A stretch of DNA of 59,543 bases from Candidatus Brocadiaceae bacterium (GTDB taxonomy: Bacteria; Planctomycetota; Brocadiia; SM23-32): contig CAWDVO010000027.1 of NCBI GenBank assembly GCA_963805825.1, positions 1 to 59,543 of the forward strand, written 5' to 3'. Both the position numbers and the translations under genes were made by a program. Every line of letters begins with the position of its first letter. Positions within the stretch are counted from its first letter, which is position 1. Below the pieces are notes generated by a model. It did not search any database. It saw only the letters and a list, made by a program, of their open reading frames with translations, and was not told the origin of the DNA. Of this stretch, positions 48,636 to 59,265 are shown one piece after another.

Positions 48636-48747
48636 GGCGGCTGCCGGGTCCGTGCAGGGGCAGGTGCGGAAGGTGCGGGAGGGCACGGCCGGGCAAGCCG
48701 GCCGTGGCACTCTCACGCAATGCGTAACCTGGGTGGAAGAGGTCGGC

Positions 48748-49620
48748 TCAGAGCACCACCTTGTTGAGCGGGTACTCGATGATGCCCTCGGCGCCGGCGC
48801 GCTTGAGCTGCGGGATCAGGTCGCGGGCGACCTTCTCGTCCAGCACAGTCTCCACCGCGTAGCCGGCCCCGTTGGTCAGGTTGTTGATGGTGGGGTTGCG
48901 CAGGGCGGGCAGCAGCGCCAGCACCTTCTCCAGCGCGCCGTTCGCCACGTTCATCTTGAGCCCCACCTTGCTCTGGCTCAGCACGGCGCCGGTCAGCAGC
49001 ATGGCCAGGTTCTCGATCTTCGTGCGCTTCCACTCGTCTTCCCACGCCGCGTGGTTGGCGATGAGCTGCGTGGTGCTGGTCATCACCGTGTCGATGATGC
49101 GCAGCCGGTTGGCCCGCAGGCTGGCGCCGGTCTCGGTCAGGTCCACGATGGCGTCAACGAGGTCGGGCACCTTCGTCTCGGTGGCGCCGTGGCTGAACTC
49201 GACCTCTGCCTCGACGCCGCGCTCGGCCAGGAACTTCTTCGTCACGTTCACCAGCTCGCTGCTGATGCGCTTGCCCTGCAGGTCCTCGACGGTCCGGTAG
49301 GGGGAGTCCTCGCCAACGGCCAGCACCCAGCGCACGGGCACCAGCTCCTGCTTGGCGTAGACGAGGTCGGCGACGGCCCGCACGTCGCTGTCGTTCTCGG
49401 CCACCCAGTCCGCGCCCGTCAGGCCGGCGTCGAGGGAGCCCTTCTCGACGAAGCGCGACATGTCCTGCGGCCGGATCAGGCGGGCCTGGATCTCGTCGTC
49501 GTCGATGGCGGGGTAGTAGGAGCGGGACCGCACCTGCACGCGATAGCCGGCCTTGAGCAGCAACTGAAGCGTCGATTTCTGGAGGCTGCCCTTGGGTATT
49601 CCGAAGATGAGCTGTTTCAT
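48748..49620 (-). CDS. hisG: ATP phosphoribosyltransferase (long form)
   Basis: 290 aa from [21 protein letters not shown] with a GGAG RBS. The listed ORF over-extends 5' by 87 codons. Confidence 0.9.
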   Translation of the reverse strand: MKQLIFGIPKGSLQKSTLQLLLKAGYRVQVRSRSYYPAIDDDEIQARLIRPQDMSRFVEKGSLDAGLTGADWVAENDSDVRAVADLVYAKQELVPVRWVLAVGEDSPYRTVEDLQGKRISSELVNVTKKFLAERGVEAEVEFSHGATETKVPDLVDAIVDLTETGASLRANRLRIIDTVMTSTTQLIANHAAWEDEWKRTKIENLAMLLTGAVLSQSKVGLKMNVANGALEKVLALLPALRNPTINNLTNGAGYAVETVLDEKVARDLIPQLKRAGAEGIIEYPLNKVVL

Positions 49621-49685
49621 GGTGTACTCCGATGGTTGCTCGGTGGCAGAGGGGTAGCAGGTCCGTTCAGGGCGCCCGGCGGGAC

Positions 49686-50351
49686 TTATCCGGACGCCTT
49701 GCAATGGCTCGTCAGCGGGCACTGCTTGCAGACCGGCTCTTCCGCCTCGCAGAGCCTCTCGGCGAAGTCGCAGAAGAACATGTGCAGGCTGGCGTAGCAG
49801 TCCGGATCGAGCAGCCGGGAGAGCGCGCGCTGGTTCTTCAGGGTCGGGCGGTCGCTCTCGATGAGGCCGAGGCGGAAGCACATGCGGGCCACCGAGGGGG
49901 AGAGCGGCAGGACGGGCACGTCCAGGCTCATCAACAGCACCTCGTCCGCCATGTCGCGCTGGACGGCGGGCAGGCTCTGCAGGCAGCTACGGGCCTGGGT
50001 GGGCGTCAGGTCGCCCAGGAAGTCCAGGTCCGTGCAGCTATAGCGCTCGTAGAGGTCGCGCAGCAGCCAGACGAGCTGCTCGGCGCCGACGCGTGCCCAC
50101 TGCGTGGACGGCAGGCCGTTGCACAGCTCGGCCGGATGGCTCACCCGCACCTCGTTCCAGTCCACAAAGGTGCGCTTCAGCTCGCGCAGGGCGCGGGTGG
50201 CCTGGCCCACGCTGGTGCGCCGGCAGAAGAGGCTCATGATGAGCTGCTCCAGCGGGGGGCGCGGCTTGCGGTTCTTCATCTCGCCGTGCTTCTGGACGGC
50301 GGACCGCTGCAGTCGTTCGGCCTGCTTTTTCAGTTCCTTCTGCGGGAGCAT
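49686..50351 (-). CDS. endonuclease III-like HhH-GPD base-excision repair protein with [4Fe-4S] cluster loop
   Basis: C-terminal [17 protein letters not shown] matches the C-x6-C-x2-C-x5-C FCL motif of Nth/MutY. Confidence 0.6.
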   Translation of the reverse strand: MLPQKELKKQAERLQRSAVQKHGEMKNRKPRPPLEQLIMSLFCRRTSVGQATRALRELKRTFVDWNEVRVSHPAELCNGLPSTQWARVGAEQLVWLLRDLYERYSCTDLDFLGDLTPTQARSCLQSLPAVQRDMADEVLLMSLDVPVLPLSPSVARMCFRLGLIESDRPTLKNQRALSRLLDPDCYASLHMFFCDFAERLCEAEEPVCKQCPLTSHCKASG

Positions 50352-50386
50352 AGAGCGCGTCCCTTCCTTACGTATATGCCGGGCCC

Positions 50387-50749
50387 TCAGGCCCTGAACT
50401 CCTGGTCGTCCTTGCGCGCCTCGTCGATAAGCTGCTCCAGGCGGCGCGCCTTCAGGATGTCCTCATCCTCCTCGAAGGTCAGCACCGGCGTGTAGCGCAG
50501 GTCCAGGCTCTCGGCGATGCGGTGCTGCAGGAAGCCGCGCGCCCGCGTGAGCACGTGGATGGTCTCCTGTATGTCCCGCTCCTCGCCGCGCACCGTGATG
50601 CGCACCTTGGCGGAGCGCTGGTCCTCGCTCAGCTCGACCCCGGTGACACTGATGAAGCCCGTGCGGGGGTCGTTCATCTGGTAGAGGATGGTGCTGCTCA
50701 GCTCTCGCCGGAGCAGCTCCTCGATCTTGCGTTTCTTGCGCGGGTTCAT
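50387..50749 (-). CDS. rbfA: ribosome-binding factor A
   Basis: 120 aa. RVITVRGEERD... KH-like RbfA pattern. Lies downstream of infB. Confidence 0.85.
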   Translation of the reverse strand: MNPRKKRKIEELLRRELSSTILYQMNDPRTGFISVTGVELSEDQRSAKVRITVRGEERDIQETIHVLTRARGFLQHRIAESLDLRYTPVLTFEEDEDILKARRLEQLIDEARKDDQEFRA

Positions 50750-50770
50750 GGGCGGGGCCGGGGCGGCGCG

Positions 50771-51052
50771 TCAGGCGATCTCGATCCTGTAGTCGACCAG
50801 TCGCGTGGCCGGGAAGTGTTTGACCATCTCCACCAGCGTGGTCAGCGAACTGTCCAGGTAGCGGCTGTCGTTGGCCACCTGGGCCACGCCAAGCGTGGCG
50901 CTCTGCACGAAGTCCAGCCCGTCCACCTCCGCCACGCTCACGTTGAACTTGTTGCGGATGCGGTCCTTCAGGCTGGAGATGACGCGCCTCTTGTCCTTCA
51001 GATTGCGCGCACCCGCCACTGAGAGGCGCAGTTCGACGGTTCCCACTATCAT
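50771..51052 (-). CDS. DUF503 (YlxP-like) protein
   Basis: 93 aa, between infB and rbfA as in many bacteria. ELRLSVAGARNLKDKRRVISSLKDRIRNKFNVSVAEVDGLDFVQ. Confidence 0.7.
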   Translation of the reverse strand: MIVGTVELRLSVAGARNLKDKRRVISSLKDRIRNKFNVSVAEVDGLDFVQSATLGVAQVANDSRYLDSSLTTLVEMVKHFPATRLVDYRIEIA

Positions 51053-51078
51053 CGTTTTTCAAGTCCGCCGGCAGGCCG

Positions 51079-53373
51079 TCAGTTCGGCCGGGATTCCCCG
51101 GCGCCGCTCGGCGTCAGGGTCCGCTTGACGGCCACCACGTTGAAGCATTCGATTATGTCGCCTGCCTGCAGGTCGTTGAATCCCTCGACGTTGATGCCGC
51201 ACTCGCGGCCGGCGTCCACCTCGCGCGCGTCGTTCTTGCCCTGGCGCAGGGAGACCATGGAGCCCTCGTGGAGCGTCTTGCCGTCCCTGATCACGCGCAC
51301 GCGGCAGTTACGGCGCATGGAGCCCTCGGTCACGTAGCAGCCCGCGATGGTGCCCAGGCGGCTGATGTAGAAGAGCTGGCGCACCTCGGCTCGGCCGACG
51401 CGCTCCTCCCGCTTCTCCGGCTCCAGCAGGCCTTCCAGGGCCGCGCGGATGTGGTCCGTCACGTCGTAGATCACGTCGTAGTGCAGCACCTCCACGCCGT
51501 GCGCCAGCGCCATCTCGCGCACCTTCTCGTCCTCGCGCACGCGGAAGGCCAGGATGATGGCGTCCGACGCCTCGGCCAGCACGATGTCGCTGCTGCTCAC
51601 GTTGCCGACGGCGCTGTGGATGATCTTGAGGGCGGCTTCCTGGGTGGCGATCTCGCTGATGGTCTTCACCAGCGGGTCCAGCGTGCCCTGCACGTCCGCC
51701 TTGATGATGACGTTGAGCTGCTTGGCCTCGCCGCGCTCGATGCTCTCGTAGAGGTTCTCCAGCGTCACGCGCTGGCGGCCCTTCAGGCGCTGCTTGCGCA
51801 ACTGGGCCTCGCGCTCCTGGGCGACCTTGCGGGCCGTGTCGAGCTGGTCCACCACGATGAACGGGTCGCCGGCGTCGGGCACCTGGTTGAGGCCGCTGAT
51901 CGAGACCGGCTGGCCGGGGCCGCACTGCTCCACCTCGCGGCCGCGGTCGTCGTAGAGGGCGCGCACCGTGCCGTAGGCGCTGCCGCAGACGAGCAGGTCG
52001 CCCTTGTGCAGCGTGCCGTTCTGGACGATCACGTCCGTCACGGCGCCCAGGCCCGGCTCCATCCTGGCCTCCAGGACGGCTCCGGTGGCGGGGCGGTTCG
52101 GGTTGGCCTTCACCTCCAGCAGCTCGGCCTCCAGCGTGATGCGCTCCAGCAGGTCGTCGATGCCGTCGCCGGTGATGGCGCTGACGTCCACGTAGCCGGT
52201 CTCGCCGCCCCATTCCTCGGGGTTCAGCCCGTAGCCGGCAAGCTGCTGGCGCACGCGCATGGGGTTCGCGTCCGGCTTGTCGATCTTGTTGACGGCCACC
52301 ACGATCGGCACCTCGGCCGCCTTCGCGTGGTCGATGGCCTCCATCGTCTGCGGCATGACGCCGTCGTCGGCGGCCACGACCAGCACCACGATGTCCGTCA
52401 CCTGCGCCCCGCGGGCGCGCATGGCGGTGAATGCCTCATGGCCGGGCGTATCGACGAAGGTCAGACGGTGCCCGGCGGACTCGACCTGCCAGGCGGCGGT
52501 GTCCTGCGTGATTCCGCCGGCCTCGCCCTCGGCCACGTTCGTGTTGCGGATGCGATCGAGGATGGACGTCTTGCCGTGGTCGACGTGGCCCAGCATGGCG
52601 ACCACCGGCGGCCGCGACTCCAGTTCCTCCTCCTTGTCCTCCGGCAGGGACTCCAGCAGCAGGTCCTCGGCCGAGCGGGGCTCCTTGAGCACCACCTCGA
52701 CGCCGTGGTTCAGGCCGATGAGCTGCGCCATCTCGTCCTCGAGCGTGGCGTTGATGTTGGCGCGCATGCCGTGCTCGAACATCAGCTCCTTGATGATCTC
52801 GTTGGCCGGGATGCCGAGGCGCGTGGAGAGGTCCCGCACGGTGACGGGGGACTCCATCTCGACGCGCTCCTCCTTGCGCTTCTTGGGCACCTGGCCGACG
52901 CGCTTGAAGACGATGGTGCGCTTCGTGATGTCCTCTTCGGTCTCGGCGGCGGCCTTACGCCTGCGCGGTCGTCCGGCCCTGGGCGGCGGCGGGGCCACGA
53001 TGTCTTCCTCTTCCGCGACATCCTCGGCGACCAGGGGCCGGCGGCTGCCCTTCGGCGCGGGCGGCGGCACGGGCTTGACGTCGCGGGTGGAGGGGATGGC
53101 GGGCTTCTCCGGCTGCGGCTTGGCGGCGGCCTTCGGGGGAGCGGCCTTCTGCGGCGCCGGGGCGGCCGGCTTGCGGATGGTCGGCTGCTTGGGCTTGTAG
53201 AGCTTGATGGCCGTCTTGCGCAGCTCGTCCGCCTGCTCGGGGGACACGGCGTTCGAGTGATGCGTGATTTCCTTGAAGCCGGCCCGCTGGCAGATCTCCA
53301 CCATCTCGGTGCTGGAGATGCCGAGGGACTTGGCGATTTCGTATATCTTTACTTTACCTGGCACCTGCACCAC
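51079..53373 (-). CDS. infB: translation initiation factor IF-2
   Basis: 764 aa. G-domain [23 protein letters not shown] and NKIDK motifs, with a Pro/Ala-rich N-terminal linker. Confidence 0.95.
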   Translation of the reverse strand: MVQVPGKVKIYEIAKSLGISSTEMVEICQRAGFKEITHHSNAVSPEQADELRKTAIKLYKPKQPTIRKPAAPAPQKAAPPKAAAKPQPEKPAIPSTRDVKPVPPPAPKGSRRPLVAEDVAEEEDIVAPPPPRAGRPRRRKAAAETEEDITKRTIVFKRVGQVPKKRKEERVEMESPVTVRDLSTRLGIPANEIIKELMFEHGMRANINATLEDEMAQLIGLNHGVEVVLKEPRSAEDLLLESLPEDKEEELESRPPVVAMLGHVDHGKTSILDRIRNTNVAEGEAGGITQDTAAWQVESAGHRLTFVDTPGHEAFTAMRARGAQVTDIVVLVVAADDGVMPQTMEAIDHAKAAEVPIVVAVNKIDKPDANPMRVRQQLAGYGLNPEEWGGETGYVDVSAITGDGIDDLLERITLEAELLEVKANPNRPATGAVLEARMEPGLGAVTDVIVQNGTLHKGDLLVCGSAYGTVRALYDDRGREVEQCGPGQPVSISGLNQVPDAGDPFIVVDQLDTARKVAQEREAQLRKQRLKGRQRVTLENLYESIERGEAKQLNVIIKADVQGTLDPLVKTISEIATQEAALKIIHSAVGNVSSSDIVLAEASDAIILAFRVREDEKVREMALAHGVEVLHYDVIYDVTDHIRAALEGLLEPEKREERVGRAEVRQLFYISRLGTIAGCYVTEGSMRRNCRVRVIRDGKTLHEGSMVSLRQGKNDAREVDAGRECGINVEGFNDLQAGDIIECFNVVAVKRTLTPSGAGESRPN

Positions 53374-53473
53374 CCATCCAATCGCAAGAACCGTTCAAAC
53401 GTCTCGGGGACACACACGTGCCCGCTGCCCGTCCGGGGCCTGTATCCGTTCGGCGTCGGCGGGAGGGCGCCCG

Positions 53474-54649
53474 CTACTCCGTCTCCTGGGGCTCCTGGGC
53501 GAGCGCCTCCGGGCCGGGGGTCTCCTCGGCCTCGGGCTCCTCGTCGCCCACGGGCTCCAACTCCGCCGCGTCTGCTGCTTCCGCTGCCGTGTCCGCTTCC
53601 TCCGGCGCAACGCCCGCCGCTTCGGCAGCGCCCGCTGCCTCGTCAGCGCCCGCTGCCTCCGCTGCTGCTGCCTCAGCCGCCTCGGCGGCCGCCGCCTTCT
53701 CCTCGGGGGTGGGTTCGGGCGGCACGATGTCGATGTCCCAACCCGTCATCTTGACGGCCAGGCGCACGTTCTGGCCCTTCCAGCCGATGGCCAGGGATAG
53801 CTGGTCCTCGGGCACGACCACCGTGGCCCGCTTGGTGTGCGGCCCTTCCTCCAGCGTTATCTGGTGTATCTCGGCCGGCTTGAGGCTGGAGGCCAGCAGC
53901 GTCTCCGGCGCCTCGCTCCAGGGGATGATGTCGATCTTCTCGCCCTTGACCTCGTCGATGATGCTCTTGATGCGGGTGCCGCGCACGCCCACGCAGGCGC
54001 CGATGCAGTCCACACGCGGGTCCAGGCTCTCGACGGCCACCTTGGTGCGCAGGCCGGGGTCGCGGGCCAGCTTGCGTATCTGCACCACGCCCTCGGCCAC
54101 CTCGGGCACCTCCAGCTCGAAGAGGCGCTTGATGAACTCGGGGCTGGTGCGCGAGAGGAATATCTTCACCAGGTTGTTGGCCTTGCGCACGTCCATGATG
54201 ATGGCGCGGATGCGCTCGCCGGCCTGGTAGTGTTCGCCCGGTATCTGCTCGGAGCGGGGGAGGATGGCCTCCGCGCGCTCGATGTTGACGATGATGGCCC
54301 CGCCCTCGAAGCGCTGAACGCTGCCGGTGACGAGGCTGCCCACCTTGTCGATGTACTCGGCGTAGATGGTCTCGCTCTCGGCCTCGCGGATGCCCTGGAT
54401 GAAGATCTGCTTGGCGGTCTGGGCGGCTATGCGGCCGAGCATCTCGGGTTCGATGCGCTCGGAGCCGCGCACCGCCGCCACCTCGCCCGTCTCGCGGTCG
54501 ATGGTGACGGTGACCTCGTCCTCCTGGCCGAAGTGCTTGCGGGCCGCCGACTCCAGTGCCCTCTCGATGGCCTGGAAGATGGTCTCCTCCTCGATCTCCT
54601 TGTTACGATGGAGGCTGTCGACCAGGCGTAGCAGTTCTTTGCCCTGCAT
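53474..54649 (-). CDS. nusA: transcription termination/antitermination factor NusA with acidic Ala/Glu-rich C-terminal tail
   Basis: S1 and KH domains ([43 protein letters not shown]). No rimP upstream. Confidence 0.95.
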   Translation of the reverse strand: MQGKELLRLVDSLHRNKEIEEETIFQAIERALESAARKHFGQEDEVTVTIDRETGEVAAVRGSERIEPEMLGRIAAQTAKQIFIQGIREAESETIYAEYIDKVGSLVTGSVQRFEGGAIIVNIERAEAILPRSEQIPGEHYQAGERIRAIIMDVRKANNLVKIFLSRTSPEFIKRLFELEVPEVAEGVVQIRKLARDPGLRTKVAVESLDPRVDCIGACVGVRGTRIKSIIDEVKGEKIDIIPWSEAPETLLASSLKPAEIHQITLEEGPHTKRATVVVPEDQLSLAIGWKGQNVRLAVKMTGWDIDIVPPEPTPEEKAAAAEAAEAAAAEAAGADEAAGAAEAAGVAPEEADTAAEAADAAELEPVGDEEPEAEETPGPEALAQEPQETE

Positions 54650-54878
54650 GTCGGCTCACCCGAAACAAAAAAAGGTGTTCCGCCCCATCCTGCCGAGCGG
54701 AGCGGATACATCCCTCCGCGCACACTTACGGGCAGCACACCAGAGTTCATGATGCCGCGACGCACCTCAACCGTCCCCGACCGTCCCGGGCCGGCCAGTG
54801 CGTCTAACTCAGAACACCCGCTTCAATACCATTGTATCGGACCAAGGGGCAAACTGTCAAGGCTGCCGGACGGAAAGG

Positions 54879-54960
54879 AGTGGACGAAGTGGACTTTGTG
54901 GACTCCATGGACCGCTTTGGACCGGTTTCCCATGTCCACAAAGCCCACAATGTCCACGTC
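54879..54960. promoter_or_regulatory. cluster of five GTGGAC/GTCCAC (DnaA-box-like TGTCCACA) motifs, ~230-310 bp upstream of nusA
   Basis: GAGTGGACGAAGTGGACTTTGTGGACTCCATGGACCGCTTTGGACCGGTTTCCCATGTCCACAAAGCCCACAATGTCCACGTC. Three motifs lie in one orientation (9-bp spacing) and two in the other. Confidence 0.4.
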
Positions 54961-55028
54961 GGCCGGTAGGTGTCGGTTGCCCTGGACACGGCCCTGGAGT
55001 CCTCCAGCGGCCTGCCATGCTATCCATG

Positions 55029-55580
55029 TCACGCAGCATTCGGCGCACGCCGGTGCAGGAAGCCGACTAGGAAGGACCAGGAGAGAGCCGTCATGGCGAG
55101 CGTGGTCCAGAACAGGGCTGCCGGTCCCCACGGCGCGGCCTGCCCGAACGCGCGCAGCACGAGGACGACGTAGCCCAACTCGATGACGCCGACCTGCAGG
55201 GCGAACTTGGCCTTGCCCATCCAGTTGGCGCCCTCGACGTGGGTGGGGGTGGTGCGCGCGTGGCGGGCGGCCGTGACCAGGAACTCCCGCGCCACGTTCA
55301 GCAGCACCAGCCAAAGCGGCAGCAGGCGGAGGTCAACCAGGACGAGCAGGGCGCACAGGACGACGATCTTATCCACGACGGGGTCCAGCAGCGTGCCCAG
55401 GCGGCTGACGGCGCCGCTGCGCCGGGCCAGGTAGCCGTCGAGCCAGTCGCTGGCGGCGGCGAGATTGAAGAGGACACCGGCCGCGACGAGGCCGGCTGGG
55501 GCCGAGGAGTAGGTCAGGTACAGGAAGACCGGAAGCAGGGCGAGCCGAAGGAGCGTGATGAGGTTGGGCAAGGTGACCAA
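55029..55580 (-). CDS. pgsA: CDP-diacylglycerol--glycerol-3-phosphate 3-phosphatidyltransferase (CDP-alcohol phosphatidyltransferase family)
   Basis: 183 aa. ASDWLDGYLARRSGAVSRLGTLLDPVVDKI matches D-G-x2-AR-x8-G-x3-D-x3-D. Confidence 0.85.
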   Translation of the reverse strand: MVTLPNLITLLRLALLPVFLYLTYSSAPAGLVAAGVLFNLAAASDWLDGYLARRSGAVSRLGTLLDPVVDKIVVLCALLVLVDLRLLPLWLVLLNVAREFLVTAARHARTTPTHVEGANWMGKAKFALQVGVIELGYVVLVLRAFGQAAPWGPAALFWTTLAMTALSWSFLVGFLHRRAPNAA

Positions 55581-55611
55581 GCCTGCCTCCCGGCCGCTGC
55601 CTCGCCCGGCG

Positions 55612-56301
55612 CTATGAGCCGCCGCCCGGTCCCGACGTGACCGCCGGCAGGTCGCTGGGGTCGAGGTCCGAATAGTGCTCGTAGCTCCAGAGCCAGCCGT
55701 GGTCCCACCGTCCGTTGCGGTTCACGTCGGTGAAGGCCGTCATCTTGCCGCTGGCGTCCACCTCGCACGGCTCGTTGTTCAGCAGAAAGTCCGTGTTGCC
55801 CGGCATGCGGCCGCAAGCGAAGCCGTAGAACTTGAGCATGGCGGCGCCGGTGTCCAGCGTGCCCAGCTTGGCGTTGATGCGGCCCTGGTCCCCGGGGATG
55901 AACTTGGGGAAGGGCAGCAGGGACCAGAAGACCAGCAGTGAGCCGGTGAAGATGACGGCGGTCAGCAGGCCCACGAGCGGGCCGGCCGTGCGGTCCACGA
56001 TGATGGGGCAGCCGGCGCCGGGGTCGGTGTACTGGACCTTCAGCAGCCGGCCCACGATCAGGACGAGGCCGAATATGAGGAGGAAGGCGATCGCCCGCAG
56101 GTATTGGGGCGCCGGCGGTGTCGTGCTGATGATGCTGGAGAGAATCTCGCCGACGGGGCCGCAGAACGTCATGGCCAAGAAGAAGCCGATCAGGTTGCGG
56201 GCCATGGTGTAGGTGGCCGTGTAGAGGCCGTCCCGGTAGCCCGCGAAGGCCATCGCGATCAAGAGCGCCACCACTGCCAGCAGAACGAGTACGGGTATCA
56301 T
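55612..56301 (-). CDS. CvpA-family membrane protein with ~90-aa soluble C-terminal extension
   Basis: N-terminus MIPVLVLLAVVALLIAMAFAGYRDGLY (CvpA-like) and three further TM segments. Its start overlaps the stop of the upstream gene (ATGA). Confidence 0.5.
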   Translation of the reverse strand: MIPVLVLLAVVALLIAMAFAGYRDGLYTATYTMARNLIGFFLAMTFCGPVGEILSSIISTTPPAPQYLRAIAFLLIFGLVLIVGRLLKVQYTDPGAGCPIIVDRTAGPLVGLLTAVIFTGSLLVFWSLLPFPKFIPGDQGRINAKLGTLDTGAAMLKFYGFACGRMPGNTDFLLNNEPCEVDASGKMTAFTDVNRNGRWDHGWLWSYEHYSDLDPSDLPAVTSGPGGGS

Positions 56302-58145
56302 TGGCCCTCTCCTGTCTTCTTGGCGGCCTTGCCGACCGGTTGCGTCAAGACGCGGCGGATTTCCTCGAGCGTGGTGATGCCGGCCGTCACCTTGGTCAGG
56401 CCGTCCTGATACATGCTGCGCAGCGCGCCCTCACCGGCCGCCTTACGGATGTCGGTGGGGGAGGCGCTGCCGGTCGCCAGCGCCCTGGCCACCGGCTCGG
56501 TGATGATGAGCATCTCGTAGATGCCTATCTGGCCGCGGAAGCCCGAGTTCAGGCAGGCGCCGCAGCCCACGGGGCTGTACCACTGCCCCGGAGCGGCCGG
56601 GTCCAGCTTCAGCTTGGCGATCAGCGTCGGGTTCGGCTCCACCATCTCCCGGCAGTTCGTGCAGAGCCTGCGCGCCAGCCGCTGGGAGATGACGCAACTG
56701 ACCGCGCGGCTGACCAGCTTCGGGTCGCTCGTCATCTTGGCCAGGCCGATCAGGGAGCCGGCGGCGTCCGCCGCCCGCATCGTGGTCAGCACCAGGCCCT
56801 CGTCGCTGGCGAAGTGCAGCAGGTGGGACGCCTGATCGGGCTCGGTGATCTCCCCCCACATCAGGACGTTGGGCCCTTCGCGCAACAGCTCGGCGAAGAC
56901 CTGAGCGGTCGGCTTCTGCTCATCGATGGGCCAGTGCCGGATGCTTACCAACTCCACCTCCGGGTTCTTCTCCACGGCTATCACGTCCGTGGTGAAGATG
57001 TCGATGAGGCTGGAGATGCCGTAGAGGGTGGTCGTCTTGCCGGAGCCCGGCGGGCCGCAGACGATGACGGCGCCCTTGGACTGCGTGGCGGCTGTCTGGA
57101 GGCGCTTCAACACGGCGCCGTGGACGCCGAGGGACTCGAGACCCTTCTTGTAGAGTTCGGCATTCCAGTTCGGGAAGTCGAGCACGAGCGCGGGCTTGCC
57201 GTCAATGGCCGCTATCTCGGCGGCGATCTCGGTGATCTGTCCGCCCGCCATCTCGGCCTTGATCTTGCCTTTGCCCTGCCGCACGCGGCCCTCGGCCGCC
57301 AGACCCAGGAAGACCGAGGCGCAGGCCAGCACCTGCTGGCCCACCTCCGGCTCGAAGGTCTCCACGTTGTGAACCACGCCGTCCATCAGGAACTGGGCCA
57401 CGTAGCGGTCGCCGGCGTAGACCATGCGCACCTTGCGCGTCTGGGTGGTGCCGGCGCGGACGACGAAGTCGCCCAGTATGGCGCCGGCCTGGGCGAAGGT
57501 CTCCTGCTGCGTCATCAGCGCGCTCAGGCTCTCCCCCTTGGCGTTGGTCAGAGGCACGGCCAGCCGCTCCACCTCGCCCTTGTCGCCCATCATGACCAGC
57601 TTGTTGAGCACGGGCACGTTGCCGAACATCTGCTGCATCCGGTATGAGCCGAAGATCCTGTGCTGCGTCGGCACGACGGCGTCGCGTTTGGTGATGTAGA
57701 CGATGATGGCTACGAGCATCATCAGGAGCAGCACGAAGCCCAGGGCGGCGTGGATGAGCACCATGAGCAGGAAGCCCAGCCAGCCGACGCCGAGGATGAT
57801 GGCCGTCACCACGGGGTAGTCCATGCCGACGCCGCGAGAGTCGAGGCTGGCCCACGAGGAGGCGTAGAGCCAGGCGCTGGTGCTGACGATGAAGAGAAGC
57901 AGCCAGAGCGGGTTCATGTAGAATTGGGTGAGCGGGTCGCGCTCCTTCTGCCTGGCGGCGGGCTGCTCGGCGGCCGGCGCTCCGTCGGCCGGGGCTGCGG
58001 CGGCCTGCCCTCCGGCGGCGGGGGCTGCGGCGTCCGTCTGGGCGGCCGTCAGGCCGGCACCCAGCCAGCAGAGGAAGAGGGCGGCCAGGAGCGCCGTCAC
58101 GACCGGCCTTCGCGTGCAACCGGCAACAGCCTCTGTGCGGATCAT
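56298..58145 (-). CDS. GspE/PilB-family secretion ATPase with unusual N-terminal signal/transmembrane domain
   Basis: Walker A VIVCGPPGSGKTTTLYG. GspE core (WGEITEPDQA, TTMRAADAAGSLIGL) and C-terminal CTNC...CGAC tetracysteine. The N-terminal ~170 aa contain a signal-like segment plus 2-3 predicted TM helices instead of a GspE N1 domain. Confidence 0.75.
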   Translation of the reverse strand: MIRTEAVAGCTRRPVVTALLAALFLCWLGAGLTAAQTDAAAPAAGGQAAAAPADGAPAAEQPAARQKERDPLTQFYMNPLWLLLFIVSTSAWLYASSWASLDSRGVGMDYPVVTAIILGVGWLGFLLMVLIHAALGFVLLLMMLVAIIVYITKRDAVVPTQHRIFGSYRMQQMFGNVPVLNKLVMMGDKGEVERLAVPLTNAKGESLSALMTQQETFAQAGAILGDFVVRAGTTQTRKVRMVYAGDRYVAQFLMDGVVHNVETFEPEVGQQVLACASVFLGLAAEGRVRQGKGKIKAEMAGGQITEIAAEIAAIDGKPALVLDFPNWNAELYKKGLESLGVHGAVLKRLQTAATQSKGAVIVCGPPGSGKTTTLYGISSLIDIFTTDVIAVEKNPEVELVSIRHWPIDEQKPTAQVFAELLREGPNVLMWGEITEPDQASHLLHFASDEGLVLTTMRAADAAGSLIGLAKMTSDPKLVSRAVSCVISQRLARRLCTNCREMVEPNPTLIAKLKLDPAAPGQWYSPVGCGACLNSGFRGQIGIYEMLIITEPVARALATGSASPTDIRKAAGEGALRSMYQDGLTKVTAGITTLEEIRRVLTQPVGKAAKKTGEGQ

Positions 58146-58164
58146 GCTGGGGGTCCGTTCCGTT

Positions 58165-59265
58165 TTAGCCGATGGTGGGTTGAGCGATGTCTATGCCCTT
58201 CAGCGCCATCTCCAGGGCGTCCCGGTTGGGCGCGAACTCACGGGCCACCTTCTTCTCGATGTAGCCGTCGCGGATCATCTGGACGAACGACTGCGTCCAG
58301 CTCATCATGCCCTCCTCGCGGCCCACGCCGATCAGGTCCGCGATGCGTCCGTCCTGGCCCTCCTCGATGGCCTTGCGGATGGAGGGGTTGACGAACATCA
58401 GCTCCACCACGGGCACCACGCTGAAGCCCTTCGACGAAGGAGGGGATGAGCTTCTGGCAGAGGACGACTTTGAGGTTGAAGCCGAGGCTCTCGCGGATCA
58501 GCTTGTGCTTGTCCGGCGGGAACAGGTCGAGGATGCGGGAGATGGTGCCGGCGGCGCTGGAGGTGTGCAGCGTGCCGAAGACGAGGTGGCCCGTCTCGGC
58601 GGCGATCAGGCCGGCCTGGAAGGTCTCCTCGTCACGCATCTCGCCCACCAGGATGACGTCCGGGTCCTCGCGCACCGCCGCGCGCAACGCATCGGCCCAG
58701 TCGCGGGCGTCCAGGCCGATCTCGCGCTGGTTCACGATGCTCTTGGCGTCGTGGTGGAGGTATTCGATCGGGTCCTCGATCGTCAGGATGTGGGCACGGC
58801 GGCGGCGGTTGACCATGTGCAGCAGGCTGGCCAGCGTGGTGGACTTGCCGGAGCCGGTGATCCCGCAGACCAGCATCAGGCCCTGCTGAAGGTCGCAGCA
58901 GCGCTCCAGAACGTGCGGCAGGTGCAGGTCCTCCAGGGACGGGATGTTCTCCACGATCAGACGGGCGGCCATGCTGATGTAGCCCTTCTGCATGAAGACA
59001 TTGATCCTGACGCGCCCCTTCTCGAAGTCGTGCCCAGGTCCACGCTGCCCCTGTCGTGCAGCTCGGTCATCCTCTCGCGCCCCAGAAGCTCTTCCACCAG
59101 GGCCACCATCTGCCGCTCGGTGAGCGGCTCGTTCTTGGTGCGGCGGGTCACCGTCGATGCGGAACATCGGGACTCGTCGACCTTCAGGTGCAGGTCGGTC
59201 GCGTGCAGGTCCGGCATCTGGTTGAACAGCACGTCCATCCGGATCGACTTCGCTTGCTCGCTCAT
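58165..59265 (-). CDS. pilT: twitching-motility ATPase PilT with two apparent frameshifts (~59040, ~58420)
   Basis: N-terminus MSEQAKSIRMDVLFNQMPDLHATDLHL with an AAAGGGGAA RBS. Core RVRINVFMQKGY...LVCGITGSGKSTTLASL...DPIEYLH...VGEMRD...TLHTSSAAGTISR. The C-terminus VVELMFVNPSIRKAIEEGQDGRIADLI is in a third frame. Confidence 0.85.

Noticed and set aside
54650-55028. Chromosomal origin (oriC) at the GTCCAC box cluster
   Set aside because: No AT-rich DNA unwinding element, no dnaA/dnaN neighbourhood, and the boxes are only partial matches. Retained only as a candidate regulatory cluster.
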